Below, in pieces: positions 16,516 through 25,975 of a DNA stretch of 32,000 bases. Position numbers and translations under genes: made by a program. The notes under the pieces are model-generated. The model ran no database searches and was not told the origin of the DNA. It was given only the letters and a program-made list of their open reading frames with translations. The stretch's first letter is position 1; each line of letters opens with the position of its first letter. Source of the DNA: Vibrio vulnificus CMCP6 (GTDB lineage Bacteria > Pseudomonadota > Gammaproteobacteria > Enterobacterales > Vibrionaceae); assembly GCF_000039765.1 (NCBI RefSeq), contig NC_004459.3:3166104-3198103 (forward strand), in the 5' to 3' direction.

Positions 16516-16545
16516 AAAATAAAAAAGCGCCTTTTAGGCGCTTTT
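16516..16545 (-). terminator. Rho-independent terminator after asd (symmetric, potentially bidirectional)
   Basis: AAAAAAGCGCCT-ttt-AGGCGCTTTTT, lying 24 nt downstream of the asd stop. Confidence 0.8.
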
Positions 16546-16568
16546 TAGAATGATGTCTCATATTTGAG

Positions 16569-17684
16569 TTATTGCTTCTCAGCAAGAATGATTCTTAGCG
16601 TACGACGCAAAGGTTCTGCCGCGCCCCAAAGAAGTTGGTCACCCACGGTGAATGCGTTAAGGAAATCATCACCCATCGACATTTTGCGTAAACGGCCAAC
16701 AGGGATTGAAAGCGTTCCTGTCACTTTAGCTGGCGTTAGCTCTTGCGCGGTAATGTCACGCTCGTTTGGAATCACTTTAACCCACTCGTTGTCGCTAGCA
16801 ATGATCTCTTCAATTTCATCAAGAGGGACATTTTGCTTAAGCTTGATAGTCAGCGCTTGTGAATGGCAACGCATTGCACCGATACGAACACAAGTACCAT
16901 CGATTGGAATTGGAGAGTTTTGTAAACCAAGGATCTTGTTCGCTTCTACGCCACCTTTCCACTCTTCTTTACTTTGACCGTTTTCGCGTTTCACGTCGAT
17001 CCATGGAATCAATGAGCCAGCTAGAGGCGCACCAAAGTTGTCAACTGGGAACGAGCTGCTGCGCATCGTTTCCGCAACCTTACGATCGATATCAAGAATA
17101 GAGCTTGATGGGTTGGCCAACTCTGAACTTACGGCATCATTGATCACGCCCATCTGAGAAATCAGTTCACGCATGTTCTGCGCGCCTGCACCAGAAGCCG
17201 CTTGGTAAGTCATCGCACTCATCCACTCGACCATACCTTGTTTGTATAGTCCACCTAACGCCATTAGCATTAGAGAAACGGTACAGTTACCACCTACAAA
17301 GGTGTTTGTGCCGCTATGGATGCCTTGCTGAATTTGAGCTAGGTTAATTGGATCAAGAGTGATAATCGAATCTGGAGCCATACGCAGCGTAGATGCCGCA
17401 TCGATCCAGTAGCCTTTCCAACCCGCTTCGCGCAGCGCTGGGTAAACCTTTTCTGTATAACCACCGCCTTGACAAGTGATGACTGCGTCGAGCTGTTTCA
17501 ACGCATCAATATTGAATGCATCTTGTAGTAAACCAGCATCTTTACCAAAATTTGGCGCTGGAATACCAATTTGAGAGGTACTGAAAAAGACTGGTTCAAT
17601 CAGATCAAAGTCTTTTTCTTCAACCATGCGCTGCATCAGCACCGAGCCAACCATGCCACGCCAACCAACTAAACCCACTCTCAT
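16569..17684 (-). CDS. asd: Aspartate-semialdehyde dehydrogenase
   Basis: [21 protein letters not shown]-terminus, active-site region [16 protein letters not shown] and a C-terminus like E. coli Asd. The ATG at 17684 is preceded by GGAGAG; the upstream 25 codons of the track ORF are unlikely to be translated. Confidence 0.95.
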   Translation of the reverse strand: MRVGLVGWRGMVGSVLMQRMVEEKDFDLIEPVFFSTSQIGIPAPNFGKDAGLLQDAFNIDALKQLDAVITCQGGGYTEKVYPALREAGWKGYWIDAASTLRMAPDSIITLDPINLAQIQQGIHSGTNTFVGGNCTVSLMLMALGGLYKQGMVEWMSAMTYQAASGAGAQNMRELISQMGVINDAVSSELANPSSSILDIDRKVAETMRSSSFPVDNFGAPLAGSLIPWIDVKRENGQSKEEWKGGVEANKILGLQNSPIPIDGTCVRIGAMRCHSQALTIKLKQNVPLDEIEEIIASDNEWVKVIPNERDITAQELTPAKVTGTLSIPVGRLRKMSMGDDFLNAFTVGDQLLWGAAEPLRRTLRIILAEKQ

Positions 17685-18095
17685 CACATTAACTCTCCGT
17701 GTATTCAAATAACAAAATAAATTTGCATTAATAGTTCTATTTTCTAGGCAAAATCTCAAGCACTAATTGACGAAAACGTCCAACTTTTTCGTTTTGATTT
17801 GTTAAGGTCGCAAAACTTCATGATTTAGCTTTGGTAAGAGCTCTGACCGAGCAGGATTTCCTACCCGGCCGCCACATTCACATATGAAGCACATTTATTT
17901 CACATTACACAACACTTAAAACTAATTATTTTAAACTTTAGTAGTTTATTATTTCACAAAATACGTATTACACCGATCCACATCAAAACAAACGACTAAA
18001 TAAATCGAATTATCCACTACGTTAATGTAATGTAAGCATCCTAAACATACGGGGGCGTAATCCCTCTAACGCTCCGACATTTATCAGAGGAATAT

Positions 18096-19532
18096 ATGAA
18101 GCAGGAAATTACTCGCTTACCAAGTCTTCCCCAAGTGCTTATTTCACTGGGATTGTTTTTACTTTTGGCTTTTTCGTTTACCGCGAAATTAGATCTACCT
18201 ATTCAGCTAGCACTTTATATCGGCTGGTTCATTATTATGGTGTTGGGCTTACGTCTAGGTCATCAGTATAAAGACCTGGAAAAAGCGGCATTAAACGGAA
18301 TTTCGAATGGTTTGGGTGCTGTTCTTATTCTATTAGCCGTTGGCGCATTGGTTGGTACCTGGATCTCCGGCGGTATCGTACCCACTATTATTTACTATGG
18401 TCTGAAGGCAATACATCCTTCTATCTTCCTTTTAGCCACTATGATCATTTGCTCCCTAACAGCACTTGCAACAGGCACCTCTTGGGGCGCAGCAGGTACC
18501 GCAGGTATCGCAATGATGGGGATTGGCCAAGGCCTTGGCGTACCAGCGCCGATCACAGCAGGTGCGGTACTATCAGGCTGTTACTTCGGTGACAAAATGT
18601 CTCCGCTGTCAGATTCTGTGATCCTTGCTTCTTCAATGTCGAACGTGGAAGTCATGGAGCACATCAAAGGCATGCTACCTATCGCTCTGATCAGCTACAT
18701 CATTACTGGCATTATGTTCACAGCATTTGGCTTCCATTACGCAGGTAATGTTGACATGAGCCAAGTGGAATCTGTGATTAAAGCGATGGATCAGCAGTTC
18801 TACATCACGCCTTACTCGTTTGTTCCTGTCATTATCGTATTGGCGCTACTTGCCATGCGCATGCCTTCATTCCCAGTCATCAGCTTTGGTTCTCTACTGG
18901 GTATTATTTGGGCCGTGATGATCCAAGATGTGGATTTCCTAACCGCGTTCAATACTGCTTGGGCACCGTTTGCGATTTCTTCAGGCGTCGATTTCATTGA
19001 TTCCATCCTAAACCGTGGTGGTATGTCCTCCATGCTGGGCTCGGTGGCCGTGATCGTGTTTGGTCTTGGTTTTGGTGGTCTACTGGATAAAGTTGGCGTG
19101 CTAGAAACCATCGCGAAACTGTTTGAGCGTCGCGTGCAAAATGCAGGTTCTCTCGCAACCAGCACAATTGGTACAGCGTTTATGGGTAACGTGTTCGGTT
19201 CAGCGATGTACGTTTCACTGATTCTGACACCAAAGATTTGTGCGAAAAACTACGATCGCCTAGGTTACAAACGTAAGAATCTGTCACGAAATGCCGAGTT
19301 TGGCGGCACGCTAACATCCGGTATGGTGCCTTGGAGTGATAACGGCATTTACATGGCGAGCATCTTAGGGGTGGCGACGTTATCTTACGCACCGTTCATG
19401 TGGTTGAGCTTTGTCTGTATCGCAGTGACGATTTTCACCTCCTACATGGGTTGGTTTGTCGACAAGTGCGAGCCAACCGCGCAAGCGAGCGAAGAAGAAA
19501 CACTGGCAGAGACAAGACAACAAACCGCTTAA
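18096..19532 (+). CDS. nhaC: NhaC-family Na+/H+ antiporter-type transporter
   Basis: 478 aa with about 12 TM segments and a GAGGAA RBS. Sequence pattern is typical of NhaC-family proteins (GTSWGAAGTAGIAMMGIG, GDKMSPLSDS). The physiological substrate is not inferable. Confidence 0.88.
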   Translation: MKQEITRLPSLPQVLISLGLFLLLAFSFTAKLDLPIQLALYIGWFIIMVLGLRLGHQYKDLEKAALNGISNGLGAVLILLAVGALVGTWISGGIVPTIIYYGLKAIHPSIFLLATMIICSLTALATGTSWGAAGTAGIAMMGIGQGLGVPAPITAGAVLSGCYFGDKMSPLSDSVILASSMSNVEVMEHIKGMLPIALISYIITGIMFTAFGFHYAGNVDMSQVESVIKAMDQQFYITPYSFVPVIIVLALLAMRMPSFPVISFGSLLGIIWAVMIQDVDFLTAFNTAWAPFAISSGVDFIDSILNRGGMSSMLGSVAVIVFGLGFGGLLDKVGVLETIAKLFERRVQNAGSLATSTIGTAFMGNVFGSAMYVSLILTPKICAKNYDRLGYKRKNLSRNAEFGGTLTSGMVPWSDNGIYMASILGVATLSYAPFMWLSFVCIAVTIFTSYMGWFVDKCEPTAQASEEETLAETRQQTA

Positions 19533-19546
19533 CCTCCGCCACTCAA

Positions 19547-19583
19547 TAAAAAAGCGTAGCCCTCGAGCTACGCTTTTTTGTTT
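19547..19583. terminator. Bidirectional terminator between nhaC and the lipoprotein gene
   Basis: AAAAAAGCGTAGC-cctcga-GCTACGCTTTTTTGTTTG. Confidence 0.8.
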
Positions 19584-19626
19584 GTCGTTTCAGCAGCACT
19601 CGTTGCGCCAACGGCCAACCCTTTGG

Positions 19627-20826
19627 CTAATTGCTCTTTCTTTGTGCTCTCTTTCCGAGTGCGTAACCTAAGCCAAGCGGAGCAAAGAAAATTACAGCGA
19701 TAAACAGAACAAAGTAAATAATCACGCTTTTGATCAGCTCAACCAACTTATCCATCGCCAGCGCGACCACATCTTGTGAGAGCTTATCCATGTCTTGAGT
19801 AAAGCTCACTCGTTCTTGCGTCACCATCTTATTCAACGCTTCTCTTTCACGCTCTATCATCGCAAACAGCTCAACCCTCTCGCGTGCAACCATGGCTTCC
19901 AACGCCGCCCTTTGTTCATCGAGTTTACTCATCTGACGCGAGGTTTTTTGGTCAATGTCAGCCACCAGCGGCTGCAACTCTATGGCCATCTGCTCCGCCA
20001 AGTTCTTCATGTATTCTGGGTTATTCTTCACGAAATCTTGAAAGGCCTCAGAAGTGGCCTTCATGGAGGCCAAGGTTTGTGACAAATCTTCGCCACTGAT
20101 GTGGCTGTTAAGTGCAATAAGCTCCGCTTTCCAACTCATGATCTTCGGCGTTTGCTCTGAAATCAAACTGAGGCGATCAGAGACATCGCCTAAGGCTTCC
20201 GGCATGGTGCCTAGCGTGGTTATCGCCTCATCTTCATTAATATCATTGGCTTTTAGCCAAGCGCGGTAAGCTGGTGTGGGATTAAATTTGAGATCGGTAA
20301 ATGGGTGTTGCGTGGCAAACTCGCGAACAAATTGCTGGCTGCTCTTGTACGAACTGTTCTTCAATAGAACACTCGCCAACTGTTCCACTTGTGTCAGTAA
20401 AGCTTGTGATGCATCTGAGGCGAGAGCCGATTCAAACTGCTCGCGACCCGGCCCTCGAGAAAAATAGTCGGTCATTTGCTGAGTAAACACCCAACTGTCG
20501 ATCAGCGCCGCAGTGGGTGAAACCTGATACGCAGCCCGTGCTAAACCTTCCTCTGCATTGATTTTCCACAACAAAATATAGGACTGGTGCAGAGTATCCG
20601 TCGCAGGATAGCCACTTTTAAGCGTATCCGCCGTTTGCTCGACTTGGGTAAAAAATTGCAATGCGTATTCACGCGTATGTAAACGAGTATTCAGCTCTTG
20701 CTGAGTCAACGGGGTGACTTGGCTATCCAGCTTCACCTCTAATAACGAGCATCCCGACAAACTCATTAGCACCAAAATAGGCAAACAAAAACTTTTGTAA
20801 AAAGCGACCATCGTTGAGCGAGTCAT
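19627..20826 (-). CDS. Hypothetical helical lipoprotein with an additional C-terminal TM anchor and 4 x 11-residue repeats
   Basis: Lipobox LMSLSG|C (Cys30 of the 403-aa track ORF) and a C-terminal hydrophobic helix VIIYFVLFIAVIFFAPLGLGYAL followed by GKRAQRKSN. The start is ambiguous (GTG 20838, ATG 20826, ATG 20811) and none has a good SD. Confidence 0.7.
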   Translation of the reverse strand: MTRSTMVAFYKSFCLPILVLMSLSGCSLLEVKLDSQVTPLTQQELNTRLHTREYALQFFTQVEQTADTLKSGYPATDTLHQSYILLWKINAEEGLARAAYQVSPTAALIDSWVFTQQMTDYFSRGPGREQFESALASDASQALLTQVEQLASVLLKNSSYKSSQQFVREFATQHPFTDLKFNPTPAYRAWLKANDINEDEAITTLGTMPEALGDVSDRLSLISEQTPKIMSWKAELIALNSHISGEDLSQTLASMKATSEAFQDFVKNNPEYMKNLAEQMAIELQPLVADIDQKTSRQMSKLDEQRAALEAMVARERVELFAMIEREREALNKMVTQERVSFTQDMDKLSQDVVALAMDKLVELIKSVIIYFVLFIAVIFFAPLGLGYALGKRAQRKSN

Positions 20827-20895
20827 TGCTATAACCACTACAAAAAGAAAAGGATGACGAATATAACCAGTATAAGTCAGAGAAATATCAGCATC

Positions 20896-22230
20896 TTATG
20901 ATGAGATGACAATCTCGCGATTGAGAATGCGTTGCGCGTAAGCCACGGTTTTATCAATGCACTCTTTCAGTTGCTGCAATTGTTGCTCTGTCGGTTCATG
21001 GCCATGCTTCATGCTGGATTCAATCTCCATCGCCACTTTACGTAAAGCATCTGCACCAAGGCTGGCAGCGACCCCTTTCAGGCTGTGAACAATGCGCTGC
21101 GCCGTTTCGGGATCATCGCGATAGGTTGCAACAAAATTGCTGTGCTCATCTGCATGATCTTGGACAAACACGCTCAATAACATCTGCACCGATTCTTCAT
21201 CTCCAGATAAAGAGTCCATCATCAAATCGATTTTAATCGGCGGCAGTTCTTCATTCCCATGCGGTACTGTCGTGGTGGAAACGGAACGGTTTCTGTCTAT
21301 CTCTTTGCCCTGCTCAACCAGAGATGTGTCATTTTGACGGCTTGGTTGCTCTGGCCTCTCCGCGGTTTGCACCGCTTCGGATGACAATCGTTCATTCAAG
21401 GTTTCTGTTGGTACGTGCAACACCTCATTTTCTGCCGATTGTTGTGGCGACTTCACTAACGTATTGCCCCAGTACAGTAACCACAACAAGCCCAGAAAAC
21501 AGAGCCCACTCACCGCAATCACAATCACGATGGATTGCAAAACAATATGGTGATACTGCTCTTCTAACCAAGATTGCTGGGCGTACACTTCATGGGTACT
21601 GACTTGATTAACCAGATGGTTCACTTCGGCATTTTGCCCAAGTACCACCGCCGATTGGGCCAACAACTTTTGTAACGGCACACGTTGCGCTTCTTCAAGG
21701 TCATTCGATAACAACACTAAATTATCGATATCTTTGAATACTGGGCTTAAGCGCGTGCTGTTACTTAACGTGGCCTCGGAAATATACGAGCCAAGTAAAG
21801 CAAAGGAGAGAATGGAATCCGCATGCGTTTGCTGAAGACGTTGGCGACGCACCTCAGCAACCAAGTCTGACAAGCGGCTGTCGATTTGCAAAATGGTTTT
21901 TACGCTGTCTACGTAGCGATCGGTGACGTGCAAAAACTGCGTAATATCAGGGGCAAAAAACGAGTGTACATAGGTTGCTTCGAGTTGAATACGTAACGCA
22001 TAAATCAATTGCACATTCAGCGAAATTTCATCTAACTTTTGGATTCTTTGTTCACGCTTGTAAGAAAATGCCGCGTGCACTTCTTCAATTTTGTTCCCAA
22101 CTTCCTCTACGGCATCGACCGCAGCACGCATGTTGGTGATTTGCATCCAAACAAACGCGACAGAGCACAACCACACCAAGGCAAGACCCAAAGAATAGCG
22201 AAATACCCATTTATTACTCAATCGAACCAT
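20896..22230 (-). CDS. Membrane-anchored HPt (histidine phosphotransfer) protein with a periplasmic sensor-like domain
   Basis: TM1 (VFRYSLGLALVWLCSVAFVWMQI), an extracytoplasmic region of about 195 aa, TM2 (IVLQSIVIVIAVSGLCFLGLLWLLYW), a low-complexity linker, then a C-terminal HPt motif RIVHSLKGVAASLGA (His codon 21085..21087). I prefer the ATG at 22230, which has an AAGGA RBS. Confidence 0.8.
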   Translation of the reverse strand: MVRLSNKWVFRYSLGLALVWLCSVAFVWMQITNMRAAVDAVEEVGNKIEEVHAAFSYKREQRIQKLDEISLNVQLIYALRIQLEATYVHSFFAPDITQFLHVTDRYVDSVKTILQIDSRLSDLVAEVRRQRLQQTHADSILSFALLGSYISEATLSNSTRLSPVFKDIDNLVLLSNDLEEAQRVPLQKLLAQSAVVLGQNAEVNHLVNQVSTHEVYAQQSWLEEQYHHIVLQSIVIVIAVSGLCFLGLLWLLYWGNTLVKSPQQSAENEVLHVPTETLNERLSSEAVQTAERPEQPSRQNDTSLVEQGKEIDRNRSVSTTTVPHGNEELPPIKIDLMMDSLSGDEESVQMLLSVFVQDHADEHSNFVATYRDDPETAQRIVHSLKGVAASLGADALRKVAMEIESSMKHGHEPTEQQLQQLKECIDKTVAYAQRILNREIVISS

Positions 22231-22305
22231 GCTCCATCCTTGCACAGAGATTCCAAGTTGCTTTCATAAGCTTATAACACAATCCGCTAGGGTAATGTGA
22301 AGTCA

Positions 22306-22331
22306 CAAAAAAAGAGAGCATCTCGCTCTCT
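22306..22331 (-). terminator. Rho-independent terminator after yejK
   Basis: On the minus strand: AGAGAGC-gagat-GCTCTCT followed by TTTTTTTG. Confidence 0.75.
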
Positions 22332-22344
22332 TTCTTCATTTGTC

Positions 22345-23346
22345 TTAACGATTTCGCGTCAGTTGGTCACGCAGATTTGGCGGCGTACCTTTGATCGTCA
22401 GCGTATCGGTCTCTGGATCGTAGAAAATGCGCTCACCCAACAGCAAGCTGTCGAAGCTCACGTTAAGACCACCACCTGCCCCAACATACTTAGTCAACTT
22501 GCGCACTAAGCCACGATCGGCAGGAAAACTCTCTTCCAAACCATAGCCTTGTTCTTGCGTAAATTCTAAGAAGCTCGCGCCAGATGGGCTTGGTGGTAAC
22601 TCGCCAGAAAGTTCGCGAATTTCCACTTCTTCGCCTGCTTTGATCTGGCCATTACAGTATTCATAGACTTGTTTCTTGTACTCGTTGACTTCTTGTTTTT
22701 CCAACTTCGCATCGGTACAGAAATCATCAAGTGCTTGCATCAATACTTGGTTTTGCTGCTTGCTGTCTAGGCCCACTTCCGCTTGCAAGAAATCGAGGAA
22801 GAAATCCGCCACTTTACGGCCAACTCGGCCCTTAATGTAAGAGAGATAACGGTTGGATTCTTTATCTGCTTCGTATACCGACAAATCAATACGCGCAGCG
22901 ATGTCCATCTTATTGATGTCCAAATAATCGGTCGCACTGATGTCCAACCCTTCTGTCACTTTCAAACTTTGATTCAGCGGTAATATGCCCACGAACAAAT
23001 AATCGGTCGCTAGGCTCTGGTACTCCGCAAACACAAGAATACCTTCGTCCGCAAACGGGTATTTTGCTAACTCTTCTTTCAGTCTTACGGCGCATTTTTG
23101 TGAGAAATCATAAAAATTCAGTTCGCCGCGTTGTAATTCATTGAGCCAAATCTGAAATTCGCTGTCAGATTGAAAACACCCAAAGCCTTTTCCTGCTTTG
23201 GAATGAAACACGCGATGCAGCTCAGCGACCAGATTTTCTGTAGAAGAATCATTGACCAGGGACTCAGAACGGTAGTTTACCATTAGCTCATCCTGATCAT
23301 TTTTACTAAGCTGATGCAGAATAACGTTTGAAAGATGCAGACTCAT
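22345..23346 (-). CDS. yejK: Nucleoid-associated protein YejK (NdpA)
   Basis: 333 aa, colinear with E. coli YejK (HYLDINKMDIAARIDL, GRVGRKVADFFLDFL, LLGERIFYDPETDTLTIKGTPPNLRDQL). Confidence 0.93.
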   Translation of the reverse strand: MSLHLSNVILHQLSKNDQDELMVNYRSESLVNDSSTENLVAELHRVFHSKAGKGFGCFQSDSEFQIWLNELQRGELNFYDFSQKCAVRLKEELAKYPFADEGILVFAEYQSLATDYLFVGILPLNQSLKVTEGLDISATDYLDINKMDIAARIDLSVYEADKESNRYLSYIKGRVGRKVADFFLDFLQAEVGLDSKQQNQVLMQALDDFCTDAKLEKQEVNEYKKQVYEYCNGQIKAGEEVEIRELSGELPPSPSGASFLEFTQEQGYGLEESFPADRGLVRKLTKYVGAGGGLNVSFDSLLLGERIFYDPETDTLTIKGTPPNLRDQLTRNR

Positions 23347-23430
23347 AGTATTTTATCTTGCTTCAAGGTTTTAGTTGCGAGGCATTGTAGGTTATCATAG
23401 GCCGCTTTTACTATCATTATTAGAGTTTTT

Positions 23431-23658
23431 ATGCCGATTACATCGAAATACACAGACGAACAAGTAGAAACCATTCTTACTGAGATTGGAGCGGTGCTTG
23501 ATAAGCACGGTGCAACACCAGAATTATCACTGATGATTGCCGGAAACATCGCAACAAACGTTCTTAATCAACAAGTTGCCGCTTCTCAACGTAAGCTAAT
23601 TGCTGAAAAGTTTGCACAGGCACTGATCTCTTCTTTACAAGAACCAAAAACTCACTAA
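23431..23658 (+). CDS. yejL: UPF0352 protein YejL
   Basis: 75 aa; [39 protein letters not shown] matches the YejL family. Divergent from yejK and upstream of yejM, as in E. coli. Confidence 0.88.
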   Translation: MPITSKYTDEQVETILTEIGAVLDKHGATPELSLMIAGNIATNVLNQQVAASQRKLIAEKFAQALISSLQEPKTH

Positions 23659-23679
23659 TAACGGATAACAGAATCAGAC

Positions 23680-25500
23680 ATGGTTGACAGCGGAAACTCA
23701 TACGGCGAGCGCGTATCCAGATTAGTTGGATGGGGTCACTGGTTCGCATTTTTCAATATCATTGCTGCGATGTTGATTGGTACGCGTTATATCACCCAGT
23801 CCCCTTGGCCAGAAACGCTACTCGGGCAATTTTATCTGGTTGTCTCTTGGGTTGGTCATTTTGGCTTTTTGGTGTTTGCCTTATACCTACTGATTCTGTT
23901 TCCTTTAACTTTTTTATTGCCATCGCAACGGTTATTCCGTTTAACTTCTGTGGTTTTTGCGACCACCGGATTGACGGTGCTGCTGATCGATACACAAGCG
24001 TATCAAAGCATCAACCTGCACCTAACCCCCGTGGTTTGGGAGTTGCTCTTTAGCGATGACAAATCGGCTCTCAGCGCCGATCTCCAGCATCTGTTTATTG
24101 TGCTTCCACTGATCTTTTTCCTGCAACTTGGCTTGTCGGAATGGGTGTGGAAGAAACAACGTAAACTCGCACACAAACATATTGGCCGCCCGTTAGCTGC
24201 CGTCTTCTTTGTCTGCTTTATTGTTAGTCATCTGATCTACATGTGGTCCGATGCTTATTTCTATAATCCAGTGACTAGCCAAAGAGCCAACTTCCCGTTG
24301 TCTTACCCAATGACAGCGAAAAGCTTTATGGAAAAACATGGCCTACTGGATCGTGATGAATACCTAAAACGTTTGGAAGCGAACGAAAACAACGTCGAGT
24401 TGGTGCGTTACCCATTAGACCAGCTAACGTTCAACCGTCGTGGTAACAACCTCAATGTACTGATGATCAGCGTAAACAATTTACGCAGCGATCGTCTATC
24501 GGCAGAACAAATGCCAAATATGTTTGAGTTTGCCTCTAACAACCAATGGTTTACCAACCACTACAGCTCAAGTAACGATGGCTATGGCATTTTTGGCCTT
24601 TTCTATGGCCTGCCGACCAGCTACGCCAGCAGCATTAAAGCGCAAGGTACCGCCCCCATTTTCTTGAAAGTCCTCCAAGAGCAGGGCTATCAATTTGGTT
24701 TGTTTAGCGGCAATGGCTTTAACGAGCCTTTGTATAGTGAAGTTATCTTCCGTAATCAGAATTTAGCGACACAGATCGAAGCAGAGAAAAAAGCGGAACA
24801 AGCGGTGACTCATTCCGATGCACAAGCGGTCGATGCGTGGAACGAATGGTTAGTAAATCAAGCGAAATCGCCTTGGTTCAGCTACATCGAAGTGACTGAA
24901 CTCGATAATATTGAAACCGCTTCGCTGCCAACCACGGCCAACGCGAGCGATAAATTCAAGCAAGCTTATGATGTTGCAGTGCGACAAGCCGACAGCACGC
25001 TACAACGTATTTTTGCAACCCTAGATGAACAGCAGTTAAGCGATAACACCGTGGTGATCATCACCTCAAATCACGGCAGCGAGTTTAACGAAACCCAAAC
25101 CAACAGCTGGGGCGCAAACAGTAACTACAGTCGTTACCAGTTGCAGGTACCTATGGTGATTCATTGGCCAGGAAAACTGCCTGCGCAATTTGGTCAAAGT
25201 ACCAGTCATTTGGACCTTTCCGTTACCCTACTTCAAGACCTGATGGGGGTCGCGTCGAATCCGGCTGATTTCAGCTCCGGTCGCAATTTGTTTGATGAAA
25301 GTAAACGCCGTTGGATCCTTGCAGGCGACACCCGCGAAATCGCGCTGATCACGCCAAGTCAAACGACGGTGATCGATAAATTCGGTAATTTCAAACTGTA
25401 CGATAACCACTATCAGAGAGTTCGCGACGACAGCCCAAAACTGCCCGTTTTGATGCAAGGGCTCACTGAGTTACAGCGTTTTTACGCTAAAAGTAACTAA
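23680..25500 (+). CDS. yejM: Inner-membrane sulfatase-like protein YejM (PbgA/LapC family, LPS/LpxC homeostasis)
   Basis: 606 aa with five N-terminal TM helices plus a periplasmic alkaline-phosphatase/sulfatase-like domain. yejK-yejL-yejM synteny with a tRNA gene immediately downstream. Confidence 0.9.
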   Translation: MVDSGNSYGERVSRLVGWGHWFAFFNIIAAMLIGTRYITQSPWPETLLGQFYLVVSWVGHFGFLVFALYLLILFPLTFLLPSQRLFRLTSVVFATTGLTVLLIDTQAYQSINLHLTPVVWELLFSDDKSALSADLQHLFIVLPLIFFLQLGLSEWVWKKQRKLAHKHIGRPLAAVFFVCFIVSHLIYMWSDAYFYNPVTSQRANFPLSYPMTAKSFMEKHGLLDRDEYLKRLEANENNVELVRYPLDQLTFNRRGNNLNVLMISVNNLRSDRLSAEQMPNMFEFASNNQWFTNHYSSSNDGYGIFGLFYGLPTSYASSIKAQGTAPIFLKVLQEQGYQFGLFSGNGFNEPLYSEVIFRNQNLATQIEAEKKAEQAVTHSDAQAVDAWNEWLVNQAKSPWFSYIEVTELDNIETASLPTTANASDKFKQAYDVAVRQADSTLQRIFATLDEQQLSDNTVVIITSNHGSEFNETQTNSWGANSNYSRYQLQVPMVIHWPGKLPAQFGQSTSHLDLSVTLLQDLMGVASNPADFSSGRNLFDESKRRWILAGDTREIALITPSQTTVIDKFGNFKLYDNHYQRVRDDSPKLPVLMQGLTELQRFYAKSN

Positions 25501-25546
25501 GCCGCTATTGGTTGGTGATTTTCTATTCACTTAGCATTCATAGGGC

Positions 25547-25575
25547 TTTACAAACGAATTCTGGGCTTATATATT
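25547..25575 (+). promoter_or_regulatory. Sigma70-type promoter for tRNA-Ser
   Basis: TTTACA, a 17-nt spacer, TATATT, then a GC-rich discriminator (TGCCCGC) ending about 4 nt before the mature tRNA 5' end. Confidence 0.55.
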
Positions 25576-25585
25576 TGCCCGCACT

Positions 25586-25676
25586 GGAGAGATGGCTGAG
25601 TGGTTGAAAGCACCGGTCTTGAAAACCGGCGTACGTTAATAGCGTACCTAGGGTTCAAATCCCTATCTCTCCGCCA
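25586..25676 (+). tRNA. serT: tRNA-Ser (anticodon UGA), class II with a long variable arm, CCA encoded
   Basis: Folded by hand. Acceptor GGAGAGA/TCTCTCC; anticodon stem CCGGT/ACCGG with loop CTTGAAA; variable stem GTACG/CGTAC; T arm TAGGG-TTCAAAT-CCCTA; discriminator G plus CCA. Confidence 0.95.
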
Positions 25677-25683
25677 CTTTAGT

Positions 25684-25720
25684 AAAAGGGCCACTAAGAC
25701 ATTAGTGGCCCTTTTCGTTT
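25684..25720 (+). terminator. Rho-independent terminator after tRNA-Ser
   Basis: AAAAGGGCCACTA-agacat-TAGTGGCCCTTTT followed by CGTTT. Confidence 0.85.
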
Positions 25721-25975
25721 CTGCCGCATCCAAATTAGTTATCTCTTCTTTTGCCAAGTAAATTCAGACACCATTTCTCACACAAATCAGCAAAAGTATT
25801 TATTCTGTTCAATCTTAGGCGTGTAGCTTCACGCCTCACCCGCGCCATCATGAAACATCGCTGTTTTTATGCACAATTTCCGTTAATCTTCTGTCAAATT
25901 CTCATCAATAAATTTGCACCGCAGTAAAATTAGGCGCAGACTTTTCTGCCGAAATCCATAGATTAAGAGGCGCTC

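Noticed and set aside
16452-17759. N-terminal extensions given by the ORF track for asd (to 17759), the pilin gene (to 16469), grxD (to 8481), sodB (from 8728), ychE-like (from 14262), the SDR-like gene (from 10134), rnfE (from 1727) and motY (to 5033).
   Set aside because: The extensions start at GTG/TTG or at ATGs without an SD. They add residues absent from the known family N-termini, and a canonical ATG with a good RBS lies at the conserved N-terminus in each case.
17685-18095. Lysine riboswitch (L-box) in the 410-bp asd / NhaC-family divergent region. NhaC-like lysW transporters and lysine-pathway genes carry L-boxes in some gammaproteobacteria.
   Set aside because: Read on both strands, I could not find the conserved L-box blocks (AGAGGCGC, GCCGAAG, CTGTCA, TGGAGAGC). 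Only a 14/16 palindrome (GGTAAGAGCTCTGACC, 17833..17848) and a 10-bp AT-rich palindrome (17960..17969) are present, and short palindromes of this kind can arise by chance. A covariance-model scan (Rfam RF00168) would be decisive.
25548-25757. 69-aa minus-strand ORF in the yejM-ktrA gap.
   Set aside because: It overlaps the tRNA-Ser gene and its terminator. The tRNA folds into a complete cloverleaf, so the ORF is an artefact.
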